64,000 nucleotides of DNA from Candidatus Peregrinibacteria bacterium CG11_big_fil_rev_8_21_14_0_20_49_14 (lineage in GTDB: Bacteria > Patescibacteriota > Gracilibacteria > Peribacterales > Peribacteraceae), in NCBI GenBank assembly GCA_002787035.1, contig PCVP01000014.1:11542-75541 (forward strand), in the 5' to 3' direction. Both the position numbers and the translations under genes were made by a program. Positions 1 to 10,370 of this stretch are shown here, in pieces. Within the stretch, counting starts at the first letter, position 1, and every line of letters starts with the position of its first letter. The notes beneath the pieces are model-generated. The model saw only the letters and a program-made list of their open reading frames with translations, was not told the DNA's origin and ran no database searches.

Positions 1-169
1 ACCTCCAGCCTCCGCACCGCATTGGTTATGCTTCGGCCGGCACGCAGGATGACAGTCGAGCCTCGAATCATGTCCGCTCATCGCTAACCGCTACCTGCTC
101 ATCGCTACCCACAGCTTGAGTTTTAAGCACAAATCTTGTATAATAGAATGATTTACAGACCAAAATCTC

Positions 170-547
170 ATGCCGAATCCTCAAAACGATACATCTCCCA
201 GAAGGCACATAGACCCCGCACTTCTTGCCGTAATGCCTACGGGAACAGATGTGCACGATGCGCTTATGGGACCGATAGAAGAAGATCTTCTTACGGGTAA
301 TTTACCGACTCTTTCTACCAAGTATATGTCGGAGACTGCGCAGGAGAGGGCACAGAGAATAGAAAGATACAAAGCGGCGCTTCGGAAATACGACAAAGCG
401 TACGCGGAGTGGGTGAGTGCGGTGAATGCGAAAGTGGATGGGTACAAAACAACGGTCCTTTCGTATGTGCAGGAAAAAAGTGCGAACGAAGATGAAGGTG
501 AAATAAGCAGATTGGAAACAGAGTTTTCCGATCCTCAAAATTCATAA
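170..547 (+). CDS. hypothetical protein (helical)
   Basis: 125-aa ATG ORF whose stop overlaps the next start (TAATG at 544-549). No recognisable motif. Confidence 0.75.
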   Translation: MPNPQNDTSPRRHIDPALLAVMPTGTDVHDALMGPIEEDLLTGNLPTLSTKYMSETAQERAQRIERYKAALRKYDKAYAEWVSAVNAKVDGYKTTVLSYVQEKSANEDEGEISRLETEFSDPQNS

Positions 548-927
548 TGGGATTTCAGCAAATAAACATGGGCCCGGGAGAGAATCCCAATGACGCACAA
601 GAGCGCGCAAAGCTGCGAGACAACGCAGCAGATATGCTGGAAGAACGCGTAACCGAAGCGTTGGACAGAGCGGGAAAAATAGAAGCGTTCACCGACGCGG
701 AAACTTCTGCGGATCTCGGAACAAAGGTGGCAGAAGTGGTGGAAATGGATGTTTCCAAGGCGCAGTCGAGGGTGCTGGAAATAGAGAACGATCTCACTTC
801 CGTCGGACTGGTGGCAAATGTGGAACTGCCGGACGGCGGTAAAATGAACGTGCAGTTTCAAGATACGCGGCAACTCATTGAATTCCTGAGACAGTACAAA
901 CTTTCAAAACCGGAACAGACTGGGTAA
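547..927 (+). CDS. hypothetical protein
   Basis: 126-aa acidic ORF translationally coupled to 170..547. Confidence 0.7.
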   Translation: MGFQQINMGPGENPNDAQERAKLRDNAADMLEERVTEALDRAGKIEAFTDAETSADLGTKVAEVVEMDVSKAQSRVLEIENDLTSVGLVANVELPDGGKMNVQFQDTRQLIEFLRQYKLSKPEQTG

Positions 928-987
928 GCGAATGTATACAATTGCTTAAAAAGTTGCAACATCGCTGATTTAGTATATAAGCGTTCT

Positions 988-1428
988 ATGCTTAGAGATG
1001 AATCCGATGAAATTGTTCGCTGTACACTGGAAGATTTGGCAGCAATGAAAGCCGAGAGAATAGACACTCTGCATCAGCGAATAAATGAAATGTGTCTGGA
1101 TATTCTTCGGGTACTACATGAAGAGTTTGAAGGGAGAGACCTTACGTATCCTCAGAAAAAAGAAATTGCCTATCGTGTTCACTTACTTCTAGACGAGCAG
1201 GGTCTGCGACCCGCATGTTTGGAGTGCAGTGAACCTGCAATTCTTCGTGCGAATAGCAGGTTGGATTGCGGGAGTTTTCTGTTTGATCACTACGTTCCGG
1301 ATTCCGACGACACCACGAAAAAAAGACGTACGAATCATGGGTGTTACATGGAGTTCCCGCTCATCACCGCTCTGGTGAATACACCGAGAAGAGGGCGTAA
1401 CAATTCGACTTATTCTCAGAGAGCTTAA
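988..1428 (+). CDS. hypothetical protein with possible Zn-binding C-x2-C...H...H motif
   Basis: 146 aa containing CLEC, FDH and NHG motifs. Confidence 0.65.
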   Translation: MLRDESDEIVRCTLEDLAAMKAERIDTLHQRINEMCLDILRVLHEEFEGRDLTYPQKKEIAYRVHLLLDEQGLRPACLECSEPAILRANSRLDCGSFLFDHYVPDSDDTTKKRRTNHGCYMEFPLITALVNTPRRGRNNSTYSQRA

Positions 1429-1530
1429 GACAACATAGTACTCTGAAATATGGCTACCAAAAGCCAATAAATGTGTTTTGGCCACTTCACGATATTTACT
1501 GAATGCGGTTCTATTGTATAAGAGTATTTT

Positions 1531-1836
1531 ATGGTCATGTGGCCGCATGTACCACTGCAAATGGCTCAAGAAACAATGCTCGTTGATACGCAACGTATAC
1601 AAGAAGCTGTAGCAAGAGAAGATTCGTTGAAAGATGTAGAAGTGTTAGTGCAGGTTGCTGCCAACGACCTTCGTCGCATTTTTGATATAGAAAGCATTCT
1701 CGAAATAGTGGACGACGGCACAGCCCCCGAAGAATTACTGGATCTCAAAGCAGCAGTATTGGAACTGGAAGATGTGGATCCGAGAATATCTTTGTTCATG
1801 GAAGGGGAGCCCGACACTGGGCAAGATCATCTGTAA
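1531..1836 (+). CDS. hypothetical acidic protein
   Basis: 101-aa D/E-rich ORF. True start may be a later ATG. Confidence 0.6.
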   Translation: MVMWPHVPLQMAQETMLVDTQRIQEAVAREDSLKDVEVLVQVAANDLRRIFDIESILEIVDDGTAPEELLDLKAAVLELEDVDPRISLFMEGEPDTGQDHL

Positions 1837-1916
1837 ATTCAAATACCGTTTGTTCCACATACCCCTTTCATGGTTCGCTTTTTGTAAAACAGTTATACTG
1901 AGTCGCACCTTCTCCC

Positions 1917-2516
1917 ATGCCTCCAATGAACTACCGCGCATACGTTGCCGAACTTATCGGCACCGCCACACTTACGCTTTCTGTCTTGGTGACTCTCAGT
2001 TCAGGATTGGCACTGGCCACACCCGTTGCCGCAGGTCTTACTCTTGCGCTGTTTGTGTACACCATCGGGCCTATCAGCGGATCCCATATAAACCCTGCAG
2101 TCACAGTAGGACTCTGGAGTATTGCAAAAATTAAAACCGACGAAGCAATCAAATATATTCTCTCGCAGGTCGTCGGAGCGTTTTTGGCATTGCAACTCGT
2201 GTCGCTACTCGGGCTGAACATCGCGAATGTATCCGCAGTCGATTCTCTTGCCGTCGGCGTGGCAGAAGCGTTGGGTGCGTTCTTTCTCGTGTTTGGAATT
2301 TGCAGCGTTGTGTACGGGAAAGTAAGTGATGTTGCCTCCGGCATAGTAATAGGAGGTTCGCTACTGCTCGGGATAACTGCAGCAGCCTCTTTTTCCAACG
2401 GCGTACTGAACCCGGCTGTTGCGATAGGAATAGGATCTGTATCGCTTACGTACCTTCTTGCTCCGCTTGTCGGAGGAGTGGCTGCGGCGAAACTCTACAC
2501 GTGGCTGATAAAATAA
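1917..2516 (+). CDS. aquaporin / MIP family channel
   Basis: Two NPA motifs (ISGSHINPAVT, VLNPAVA), AELIGT in the first helix, six hydrophobic segments. Confidence 0.95.
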   Translation: MPPMNYRAYVAELIGTATLTLSVLVTLSSGLALATPVAAGLTLALFVYTIGPISGSHINPAVTVGLWSIAKIKTDEAIKYILSQVVGAFLALQLVSLLGLNIANVSAVDSLAVGVAEALGAFFLVFGICSVVYGKVSDVASGIVIGGSLLLGITAAASFSNGVLNPAVAIGIGSVSLTYLLAPLVGGVAAAKLYTWLIK

Positions 2517-2569
2517 TACTGCAGTAGCACGTTTTTTAAAGGGAAAGAGAGTCCGTGGGAGGAAATAAG

Positions 2570-2596
2570 CCTGTCCTGAGCTCGCCGAAGGGCAGG
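2570..2596. repeat. REP-like short palindrome CCTGTCCTGAGCTCGCCGAAGGGCAGG
   Basis: Inverted CCTG...CAGG arms in the intergenic region, followed by related TTCGACTCGCTTCGCT sequence. Confidence 0.5.
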
Positions 2597-2687
2597 TTTC
2601 TTCGAACTCGAATTACGGAGGGCTCTTCGACTCGCTTCGCTTGTTCAGAGTCATTCGATACTCTCATTAGTACGAAAAATGAGTCCG

Positions 2688-2732
2688 TGGTTTACCATGA
2701 GCGAAGCGAACGAAGTGAGCGGAGTCGAATGG
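2688..2732 (-). repeat. tRNA-3'-attached repeat (CCATTCGACTC...CGCTCATGGTAAACCA)
   Basis: Shares both ends with the elements after tRNA-Ile and tRNA-Val. Confidence 0.8.
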
Positions 2733-2806
2733 TACCCCGGACAGGGATCGAACCTGTGACCTACAGCTTAGAAGGCTGCCGCTCTATCCAACTGAGCTAC
2801 CGGGGC
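2730..2806 (-). tRNA. tRNA-Arg(UCU)
   Basis: GCCCCGG-TAGCTCAGTTGGATAGAGC, anticodon arm GCAGC-CTTCTAA-GCTGT, GGTTCGATCC T-arm, encoded CCA. Confidence 0.97.
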
Positions 2807-2978
2807 ATACGGGACAAGATACTAGACGAGTGATACGAACGAGCGAACTTTTTTATAACGCCCCGCAAGCGGGACTGGGCCAACTGAGCTACCGGGGCAT
2901 ACGGGACAAGATACTAGACGAGTGATACGAACGAGCGAACTTTTTTATAACGCCCCGCAAGCGGGGCTAGGCCAACTG
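2788..2978. repeat. 92-bp tandem duplication including the tRNA-Arg 5' 19 nt and its upstream region
   Basis: CCAACTG units begin at 2788, 2880 and 2972. The first two units are near-identical. Confidence 0.9.
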
Positions 2979-3122
2979 CCTGCCCTGCACCGGAGCGGAG
3001 CGACTGGTGCGGGGAGCTACGAGGCTCTCACCTATTATATCAGGAAGGAATGGCTTATTCATGCAGAAATGAGAGCGAGTTGCTTGGCAGATGGCTCTGC
3101 GACCCCTATTATGCGAGCCGAT

Positions 3123-3830
3123 ATGAGCTACAGGCGAATAATGCTGAAACTCTCCGGCGAGGCACTCACCAAAGAAGGGGAGTCGGGCATAGATCATAAG
3201 ACAGTGGTAAACATCGCAAGTGAAATTCAAATACTTGCCCAGAAAAAGGTGCAAATAGTGATTGTGGTGGGCGGAGGAAACATTTGGCGATACCGCGATA
3301 CCACCGACAGCGGGATAGAGCGAACCGCCAGCGATGCAATAGGAATGCTTGCCACCATTATGAACAGCGTCGCACTGCAGTCCGCACTGGAGTCCGTGGG
3401 AGTGGACACGCGTGTCTGTTCCGCCATAGACGTTCCGCAACTTGCAGAGCCCTTCATTCGCAGGCGCGCAGTGAGGCACCTGGAGAAAGGCCGCGTGGTT
3501 ATATGTGCGGGAGGAACCGGTAATCCTTTCTTCACCACAGATTCCGCTGCTGCACTTCGTGCGTCCGAACTCTCATGTGAAATCTTACTGAAAGCAACGA
3601 ATGTAAACGGCGTATACGACAAAGATCCGAACAAGCACAAGGATGCCAAAATGTACGATGCTCTTACGTACGAACAGGCGATTGCCAAGAATCTGAAAGT
3701 GATGGATCAAGCTGCATTCAGCATTTGTATGGATCAAAAGCTCCCCATACGTGTCTTTAACTTCGGACAGAACGGTGCTCTCATGAAAGCCGCAATGGGC
3801 AAAAACATCGGAACACTTGTTTCTGCGTAA
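3123..3830 (+). CDS. pyrH: UMP kinase
   Basis: YRRIMLKLSGEAL, VVGGGNIWR, GTGNPFFTTDSAAALRA. Adjacent to frr. Start reassigned to the ATG at 3123. Confidence 0.97.
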   Translation: MSYRRIMLKLSGEALTKEGESGIDHKTVVNIASEIQILAQKKVQIVIVVGGGNIWRYRDTTDSGIERTASDAIGMLATIMNSVALQSALESVGVDTRVCSAIDVPQLAEPFIRRRAVRHLEKGRVVICAGGTGNPFFTTDSAAALRASELSCEILLKATNVNGVYDKDPNKHKDAKMYDALTYEQAIAKNLKVMDQAAFSICMDQKLPIRVFNFGQNGALMKAAMGKNIGTLVSA

Positions 3831-3848
3831 TTATTTCCCATTATTCCC

Positions 3849-4397
3849 ATGTCCTCTGACTCCCTCATAGCAACATTTGAACAGGAAGTAGAAAAAGTTT
3901 TGAATCACCTGCATTTGGAATATTCCAAATTGCAAACAGGCAGAGCGAGTGCGGCTCTGGTGGAGCATGCAATGGTGGATGCGTACGGCCAAAAGCAACC
4001 ACTGCGTGAAGTCGCAGGTATTTCCATTTCGGATGCCCGCACAATCGTTATTCAGCCGTGGGATAAATCCATCATGGGTAACGTGGAGAAGGCTATTACC
4101 GTGTTGGATATCGGAACTTCTCCGGTAAATGACGGTATGGTCATCCGCATAAATCTGCCACCTATGACAGAAGATCGCCGCAAAGATATGGTGAAAATTG
4201 TTCACCAAATTGCCGAGGAAAGCCGCATTTCCATTCGGCAGCAACGACAAACTGCTCATGACGGCATAAAAGACGAAGAGAAGGACGAAGATCTCCGTTA
4301 CTCACTCCTGGAGAAGTTGGATAAAGCAGTGAAGGCGGCAAACGACAAAGTGGAAGAGAGTATGAACAAGAAGGAAGAAGAGGTAATGACCGTATAA
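3849..4397 (+). CDS. frr: ribosome recycling factor
   Basis: TGRAS, IQPWD, PVNDG, LPPMTEDRRK. Canonical pyrH-frr synteny. Confidence 0.97.
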   Translation: MSSDSLIATFEQEVEKVLNHLHLEYSKLQTGRASAALVEHAMVDAYGQKQPLREVAGISISDARTIVIQPWDKSIMGNVEKAITVLDIGTSPVNDGMVIRINLPPMTEDRRKDMVKIVHQIAEESRISIRQQRQTAHDGIKDEEKDEDLRYSLLEKLDKAVKAANDKVEESMNKKEEEVMTV

Positions 4398-4414
4398 TGT
4401 GCTAGCATTGCATT

Positions 4415-5647
4415 GTGACTCCTCGCATAGCCGTCCTCTCATTTCCGGGCAATAACTGTGAAGTTGAATCCATTCGATCCGTTCGAAGAGCGGGCATGCA
4501 GCCCGTGTTCTTCCGTTGGAACGACGACAGAGCCAAACTCAAAGATATCGACGGGTATTTCATTCCCGGGGGATTCAGTTATGAAGACAGAGGACGAGCG
4601 GGCATGGTAGCGGCAAGAGACCCCCTGATGAACTTCATTCGCAGCGAAGCCGCCGCCGGAAAACCTGTCATAGGAAACTGCAACGGCGCTCAGATTCTTG
4701 TGGAGAGCGGTCTTATTCCCTTGGCAGACAAGCTCCATATGTGTCTTGCCAGAAATGTGGTGAACGGTGATGCGGTGGGATTTTTAAGCGAGTGGGTTCA
4801 CATTACTCCGACATGCGAAAGAGACCGTTGTGTCACTTCCGACTGGAGCGGTGTGATGGCCATGCCCATTGCTCACGGTGAAGGCCGTTTTACCACCAAA
4901 GATTCGGGACTTCTGGAGGAGCTTGGCAACAACGGTCAGATAGCATTTTCGTACTGCGATGAGAACGGAAACGTTTCGGAAGCCGAAGAAGTCACACCCA
5001 ACGGGTCCGCGCTTGGCATAGCGGGACTTTGTAATCCTGCGGGAAACGTTGTTGCACTTATGCCTCACCCCGAACGTACCCATGGCGGAGATGAGTATTT
5101 CGCGTCCATGAAACGATGGATTGAGCAAAAAGAGAAGAAATCTTTCCGAGATGTGCAGGTACCTGGAATTGAGTTTGATCTTGCGGATAAGAATCAGTCC
5201 GCCGTAGAAATTTTCATAGACACACTCATCGTAAACAACGAAGAACGTACCGTCGAGCAGGCAGCCAAACGCATCGTTCCTTCCATTCAATTAAAGCAAC
5301 TAAGTTACATTGCTCCTCCCGCAGGCAAAAAACCCGCAGACATACTTGGGAACATTTCGCTGTTTAACCCCAACAAAGAAGTGGCGTACATCCGTAAAAA
5401 CGGAACGATGTACAAGTGGAACAGCGATACGAAAAAAGAGGAGTCTGTGTCGGATTCTCCGCTTACGCATGGCACGGTGCTCCTGCGCAGAGAAGAACCG
5501 GATACCGGAGCAAATGCACTCGGGAAGGGTAGTGAGACAGGTATTTGTTATGTGTGCGGCAATATATCTCTCGAAGATCTCTCGAGGCGTTCGGTGTTGG
5601 AAGTATTTGCAAACCCGCACTCCGCAACTTTGCAGAGACTCTCATAA
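4415..5647 (+). CDS. purQ: phosphoribosylformylglycinamidine synthase glutaminase subunit with ~170-aa C-terminal extension
   Basis: FPGNNC, PGGFSYED, GNCNGAQIL (catalytic Cys), IAHGEG, MPHPER. Confidence 0.92.
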   Translation: MTPRIAVLSFPGNNCEVESIRSVRRAGMQPVFFRWNDDRAKLKDIDGYFIPGGFSYEDRGRAGMVAARDPLMNFIRSEAAAGKPVIGNCNGAQILVESGLIPLADKLHMCLARNVVNGDAVGFLSEWVHITPTCERDRCVTSDWSGVMAMPIAHGEGRFTTKDSGLLEELGNNGQIAFSYCDENGNVSEAEEVTPNGSALGIAGLCNPAGNVVALMPHPERTHGGDEYFASMKRWIEQKEKKSFRDVQVPGIEFDLADKNQSAVEIFIDTLIVNNEERTVEQAAKRIVPSIQLKQLSYIAPPAGKKPADILGNISLFNPNKEVAYIRKNGTMYKWNSDTKKEESVSDSPLTHGTVLLRREEPDTGANALGKGSETGICYVCGNISLEDLSRRSVLEVFANPHSATLQRLS

Positions 5648-6120
5648 TGGAACGTCGCATAGTCCTCCTGGCTCACAACATTCGTTCTCTTTGGAACGTC
5701 GGTTCCTTTTTTCGTACGGCAGATGCATTTTCTGTGGAGAAGATTTTTCTCACGGGTTACACAGGCACTCCTCCGAGACGGGAAATATCCAAAACGGCAT
5801 TGGGGGCGGATGAGTGGGTGCCGTGGGAGTTCCAAAAAGACCCTGTTTCCGTCATAAACTCCCTGAGAGAAGAAGGGTACTCGATTGTGGCGTTGGAACA
5901 GACGGAAAAAGCAACCGATGTCACTGTCTATCAAGGAAAAGAAAAGATCTGCCTGCTTGTAGGCCACGAAGTGACGGGAGTTCCAAAAGAGCTTCTTACC
6001 TTCAGTGACGATCACATTCACATTCCCATGTGTGGAAAAAAGGAGTCACTGAACGTCAGTGTCGCCGCAGGAATTGCTCTGCACTGCCTTACGAATCCTT
6101 ATCCTTCCCCTGCAAAATAG
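5647..6120 (+). CDS. TrmH/SpoU family RNA methyltransferase
   Basis: HNIRSLWNVGSFFRTAD, VGHEVTG, IPMCGKKESLNVSVA. TAATG overlap with the purQ stop. Confidence 0.93.
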   Translation: MERRIVLLAHNIRSLWNVGSFFRTADAFSVEKIFLTGYTGTPPRREISKTALGADEWVPWEFQKDPVSVINSLREEGYSIVALEQTEKATDVTVYQGKEKICLLVGHEVTGVPKELLTFSDDHIHIPMCGKKESLNVSVAAGIALHCLTNPYPSPAK

Positions 6121-6409
6121 CGTTCGCACTCGTAATAAATTCATCCAACAGACCTGCGATGGCGGGATCTTTTGCGGCATCTGCGTATCGCTCCAGTCCC
6201 TGCTCCCATCTTTCACGCGCTCTGTCCATACCATCCAGTCGAGTACCTGATGGGTATAATAAATTTGCAGCTTGCACAAAAAATGCACGCAGCGTTTCGT
6301 TTGAAGCTAACACTTCTCCCATAACAGATGCTCTTTGCTGCATCCTTTCTTTCAATGACTGTGGCTGGGGTGTTTCGTCAGGAACAGTACTCACACTAAC
6401 AACGTACAT
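6089..6409 (-). CDS. hypothetical protein
   Basis: 106-aa ORF filling the gap downstream of clpB. Confidence 0.55.
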   Translation of the reverse strand: MYVVSVSTVPDETPQPQSLKERMQQRASVMGEVLASNETLRAFFVQAANLLYPSGTRLDGMDRARERWEQGLERYADAAKDPAIAGLLDEFITSANAILQGKDKDS

Positions 6410-6444
6410 TATATAGAAAGACTGTCAATATTCTTCAACAAGAA

Positions 6445-9042
6445 TTATGCCTTCGTTACAATGGTCTTGCCGTCTATATAATCCACATTCACGGAAGAAC
6501 CTTCCGGAATCTTTCCTTCGATGATTTGTAACGACAGATCATCGAGCAGTTCGTTTTGCAGTAGCCTTTTAAGAGGTCTCGCACCGAATGCGGGGTCGAA
6601 TCCTTCGGCCGCAAAGTGATCTTTCGCCGCATCCGTAACTGTTATGCGAATATCTTTATTTTGCAGTCTCTGCTCTATGTGCTTCAGTTGCAATTCCACG
6701 ATGGTTCGAATGTCATCTTTTGTCAGAGCATCGAACAGAACGATGTCGTCTATTCTGTTTAAAAACTCAGGACGGAAATAACTCTTGAGTATTTTCTGCA
6801 CTTCACCTTCCGGCGAAAATACCGATGAAAGTATGGCACTTTCATCTTTCTTTTTCTCTTCGGCAAATTGAAGCAGTACGTCGCTTCCAAGATTACTTGT
6901 CATAATGATGACCGTATTTGCGAAGTTCACGGTTCTACCCTTGGCATCGGTAAGTCTGCCGTCATCCAATACTTGGAGAAGAATATTAAATACTTCGGGG
7001 TGGGCTTTCTCTATTTCATCCAGCAGTATGACCGTATACGGATGTCTTCGTACCGCCTCGGTAAGCTGCCCTCCTTCCTCGTAACCTACGTAACCCGGAG
7101 GAGAACCCACCAGCCTTGCGACGGAATGTTTCTCCGAGTACTCGGACATATCTATCCGCGTTATCATTTTCTCGTCATTGAATAGGAACTGCGCGAGCGA
7201 CTTTGCCAGTTCCGTTTTACCCACTCCTGTGGGCCCAAGAAAGAGGAAAGACCCTATGGGCTTTCCCTCCTCCTGTATGCCGGCTCTCGAGCGGCGCACA
7301 GCCTTGGAAACGGCTCCAATTGCTCGTTTTTGGCCAACCACTCGTTTTCCAAGCTCTTCTTCCATATGTGAGAGGCGCATTGTTTCTTCTGTCATGAGTC
7401 GTGACACAGGAATACCTGTCCAACGTGCGACAACCTGAGCAATGTGCTCTTCCGTTACCTCCTCATGCAATAGCGGGTTTCCTTTTTGAATCTTCGTAAG
7501 TTCTTTTTGCGCTTCCCCTATCTTTTTTTCCAAATCCGGAACGGATCCGTATCGTATTTCTGCAACTTTTTGCAGATCTCCGTTTCGCTCCGCCTGTTCC
7601 GCCTCCGCCTTCAGAGCATCTATTTCTTTTCCCGATTCTTTTATGACATCGATGACTTTCTTTTCGTTTCTCCAACGAATGTCTATCTCTTTCTGCTTTT
7701 CACTTAATTCTGCAAGTTCTTTCTCTATTTCTTTCAAACGTTTTTTTGAGGCATCGTCTTTCTCTTTTTTCAGGGCAGCTTTTTCCACTTCCAACTGACG
7801 AATGTGCCTGTCGAGTCTGTCGAGCTCAGTCGGTTTACTGTGTAATTCGATTCGCAATACGGATGCCGCTTCATCCATAAGGTCAATGGCTTTGTCAGGC
7901 AAAAAACGATCTGAAATGTAGCGATCCGACAGATGCACCGCAGCTACGACGGCGTTATCTTGAATGCGTACTCCATGGTGAACTTCATACTTCTCTTTGA
8001 TTCCTCGCAGAATGGAAACAGCATCCTTGAGAGACGGAGGTTCCACCATCACAGGCTGAAATCGCCTCTCTAAAGCGGCGTCTTTTTCAATATATTTTCT
8101 GTATTCGGAAAGAGTCGTTGCTCCGACAGTGCGTATCGCACCTCTTGCCAATGCTGGCTTAAGCAAATTACCGGCGTCCATGGAGCCTTCCGCCGCTCCC
8201 GCACCCACAATGGTGTGCAATTCATCTATGAATAAAATCACGTCACCCTTGGATTCTTCCACCTCTTTCAACAGTGCTTTGAGTCGGTCTTCGAATTCTC
8301 CTCTGTATTTCGTTCCTGCCACCAGTGCACCGAGATCCAATGCCAAAACTTTTTTCTGCAGCAACGGGTCGGGGACGTCTTTGTCCACAATTTTCTTCGC
8401 CAATCCTTCTACGATTGCCGTTTTACCCGTGCCGGGCTCACCGACCAGGACGGGATTGTTTTTCGTTCGCCTCGAAAGAATTTGCATCACCCTGCGAATT
8501 TCTTCATCTCTGCCTATGACGGGATCTATTTTTCCGTCGCGTGCGAGCTGTGTGAAATCTTGTGTGTATTTTTCCAATACTTGATATTTGGATTCCGGGT
8601 CTTTGTCCGTCACGCGGGCACTGCCTCGCAATTCTTTCAGAACATTCAGAATATCTTTCTTTTGCAGCGAAACAATTCGTTCCAATTCTTTCGAGTCTAC
8701 GAGAGCAAGAAAAAGATGCTCGGTGGAGATATACTCGTCTTTCAATTTTCCCGCCTCTGTCTCGGCTGCGTCCATGACCTTTTTGAGCTCCGGAGATATG
8801 TACGGTTGTGTTCCTCCCGAAACGGTCGGAAAAGCTGCCACTTCTTTCTTCAGTTTTTCTGTAAGCACCTCCACGTCCACTTCAATTTTTCGCAGCAAAG
8901 TGGGAATAAGACCCTCACTTTGTTGGAGGAGTACAAGCAGCAAATGCTGAGGCATGAGCGCCTGTTGCTTCATTTTTCCTGCAAGTTCAATTGTCCCTTG
9001 CACTGCTTCTGTGGCCTTTGTTGTGTAATTTTCCAAATTCAT
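6445..9042 (-). CDS. clpB: chaperone ClpB
   Basis: Two AAA+ modules ([16 protein letters not shown]), coiled-coil middle domain, 865 aa. Confidence 0.98.
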   Translation of the reverse strand: MNLENYTTKATEAVQGTIELAGKMKQQALMPQHLLLVLLQQSEGLIPTLLRKIEVDVEVLTEKLKKEVAAFPTVSGGTQPYISPELKKVMDAAETEAGKLKDEYISTEHLFLALVDSKELERIVSLQKKDILNVLKELRGSARVTDKDPESKYQVLEKYTQDFTQLARDGKIDPVIGRDEEIRRVMQILSRRTKNNPVLVGEPGTGKTAIVEGLAKKIVDKDVPDPLLQKKVLALDLGALVAGTKYRGEFEDRLKALLKEVEESKGDVILFIDELHTIVGAGAAEGSMDAGNLLKPALARGAIRTVGATTLSEYRKYIEKDAALERRFQPVMVEPPSLKDAVSILRGIKEKYEVHHGVRIQDNAVVAAVHLSDRYISDRFLPDKAIDLMDEAASVLRIELHSKPTELDRLDRHIRQLEVEKAALKKEKDDASKKRLKEIEKELAELSEKQKEIDIRWRNEKKVIDVIKESGKEIDALKAEAEQAERNGDLQKVAEIRYGSVPDLEKKIGEAQKELTKIQKGNPLLHEEVTEEHIAQVVARWTGIPVSRLMTEETMRLSHMEEELGKRVVGQKRAIGAVSKAVRRSRAGIQEEGKPIGSFLFLGPTGVGKTELAKSLAQFLFNDEKMITRIDMSEYSEKHSVARLVGSPPGYVGYEEGGQLTEAVRRHPYTVILLDEIEKAHPEVFNILLQVLDDGRLTDAKGRTVNFANTVIIMTSNLGSDVLLQFAEEKKKDESAILSSVFSPEGEVQKILKSYFRPEFLNRIDDIVLFDALTKDDIRTIVELQLKHIEQRLQNKDIRITVTDAAKDHFAAEGFDPAFGARPLKRLLQNELLDDLSLQIIEGKIPEGSSVNVDYIDGKTIVTKA

Positions 9043-9052
9043 AGTATAAAAA

Positions 9053-9079
9053 TTAGCACTCCATATTATAGAGTGCTAA
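9053..9079 (-). promoter_or_regulatory. CIRCE operator (HrcA site) overlapping the clpB promoter
   Basis: Perfect TTAGCACTC-N9-GAGTGCTAA. Minus-strand TTGACT (9092-9087) N16 TATAAT (9070-9065). Confidence 0.95.
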
Positions 9080-9114
9080 TTGGTTCAGTCAATACTTCCG
9101 AAGGAGAAAATATC

Positions 9115-10314
9115 TTACCGGACCTTCTTAAATTTCTGATATTCGGTGTATCCGACAGATCCGAACATCATCAGAGTTACTATTAGAGAAAGAAGATGAC
9201 CGATGAAAGGAATAAGATCTACGATACGTATAAGAAGGTACATACCTACGCTCAGTACGTAGAAAATTCCCGTGTTCCATTTCTTGTCGTAATGAATTTG
9301 TAGCCACTTGGTAAGAAGTATTGCAGTAAAAGCTCTTGCAAACACCATGCTAAATACGTACAGCACTCCAATAAACAGTGCGATAGGAATTCCAATGACA
9401 CTCAACAGGAAAAAGAACGCTATGAAAGGTGTGACTATAATGTAGAGCAGTCCGTACCAAAAACTCACTCCCGGTGCCCGCTGCAGTCTTTTTGCCGCAT
9501 CGGTGAAGTACGTTTTTGTCAGGAGAATAAGTAGCAGTATAACCAGTGATGCGGAGAGCAATGCGTAACCGGCAATTGCCATGACACCTGCTGCAAAAAC
9601 TTGTGCGGCTCCTTTCTTCAGGTCATCCATTGCCTGAAAAGAAAGAGATTCGTCGTACTCAGCTTTGCCTTGGACGGAAGCTCCTGCGAAGTAGTACTGA
9701 CCTTGGGGCTGCCAGTAGTGCACATCTTGCTGGAATTGTGCGGTATTGCTGATATGGAGATCTTTTGACGAGAGAATGGAATTTCCGCCCACCTCTGCGG
9801 AGAAGCGCAGAGAGTCAGCCCGAATATCCACATTCCCGCCTATTGTGCCACTGACTTTTACGGATCCTGCGCGAACGTAGAGGTCTCCTTCTATAGTTCC
9901 ATCCAATACGATGTCTCCTCCGAGTACGTACACGTCTCCTCCTATTGTCGAAGACTCAGACACAGTCACTTCTCCTCCGAGTACAATAAGGTCGTCTCCC
10001 ACATCGGAAGTGATAATGATCTTTCCACCCGCAATACGTGCATCATCTCCCACTGTTTCACCGACGGTGATATCTCCTCCTACGAGTGTGAGATCTTCAT
10101 CCACATTTGCTTTCATCGCCACTTCTCCTCCTGCCAAGTACAAATCTCCGTCTACGGTTTCTTGCATACTTACCATTCCTCCTGCGGCATAGGTATCGTC
10201 ATTCAGAGGAATAACGACTGTCAGCTCATCCTCAGTCATAAAAAATGCGGCGTGTGCCGGCATCGTTACGGAAAATAGAAGAAGCGATAATGAGAGGAGA
10301 GAGTACTTTTTCAT
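9115..10314 (-). CDS. secreted/membrane protein with bactofilin-like (polymer-forming cytoskeletal) beta-helix repeats and C-terminal TM domain
   Basis: Signal peptide MKKYSLLSL, repeated GD-x-x-x-x-GG units, multiple C-terminal TM helices. Start reassigned to 10314. Confidence 0.8.
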   Translation of the reverse strand: MKKYSLLSLSLLLFSVTMPAHAAFFMTEDELTVVIPLNDDTYAAGGMVSMQETVDGDLYLAGGEVAMKANVDEDLTLVGGDITVGETVGDDARIAGGKIIITSDVGDDLIVLGGEVTVSESSTIGGDVYVLGGDIVLDGTIEGDLYVRAGSVKVSGTIGGNVDIRADSLRFSAEVGGNSILSSKDLHISNTAQFQQDVHYWQPQGQYYFAGASVQGKAEYDESLSFQAMDDLKKGAAQVFAAGVMAIAGYALLSASLVILLLILLTKTYFTDAAKRLQRAPGVSFWYGLLYIIVTPFIAFFFLLSVIGIPIALFIGVLYVFSMVFARAFTAILLTKWLQIHYDKKWNTGIFYVLSVGMYLLIRIVDLIPFIGHLLSLIVTLMMFGSVGYTEYQKFKKVR

Positions 10315-10370
10315 GGAAAATTTGGAATGAGTAGTAAGTACTCTACGAGCAGCGTGTCTTGTGTGCAAAT

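Noticed and set aside
1-120. REP-like or ncRNA fragment at the window edge
   Set aside because: Truncated, and no clear second copy in the window to define it.
2788-2978. CRISPR array
   Set aside because: The spacers are near-identical, the repeat is part of a tRNA, and there are no cas genes in the window.
2555-3122. ORF 2555..2833 and the pyrH extension from 2922
   Set aside because: Both run through tRNA and repeat sequence.
6868-9186. Numerous antisense and alternate-frame ORFs within clpB (and similarly within dnaK, recG, priA and purA)
   Set aside because: Shadow ORFs of strongly conserved genes with no independent motifs.
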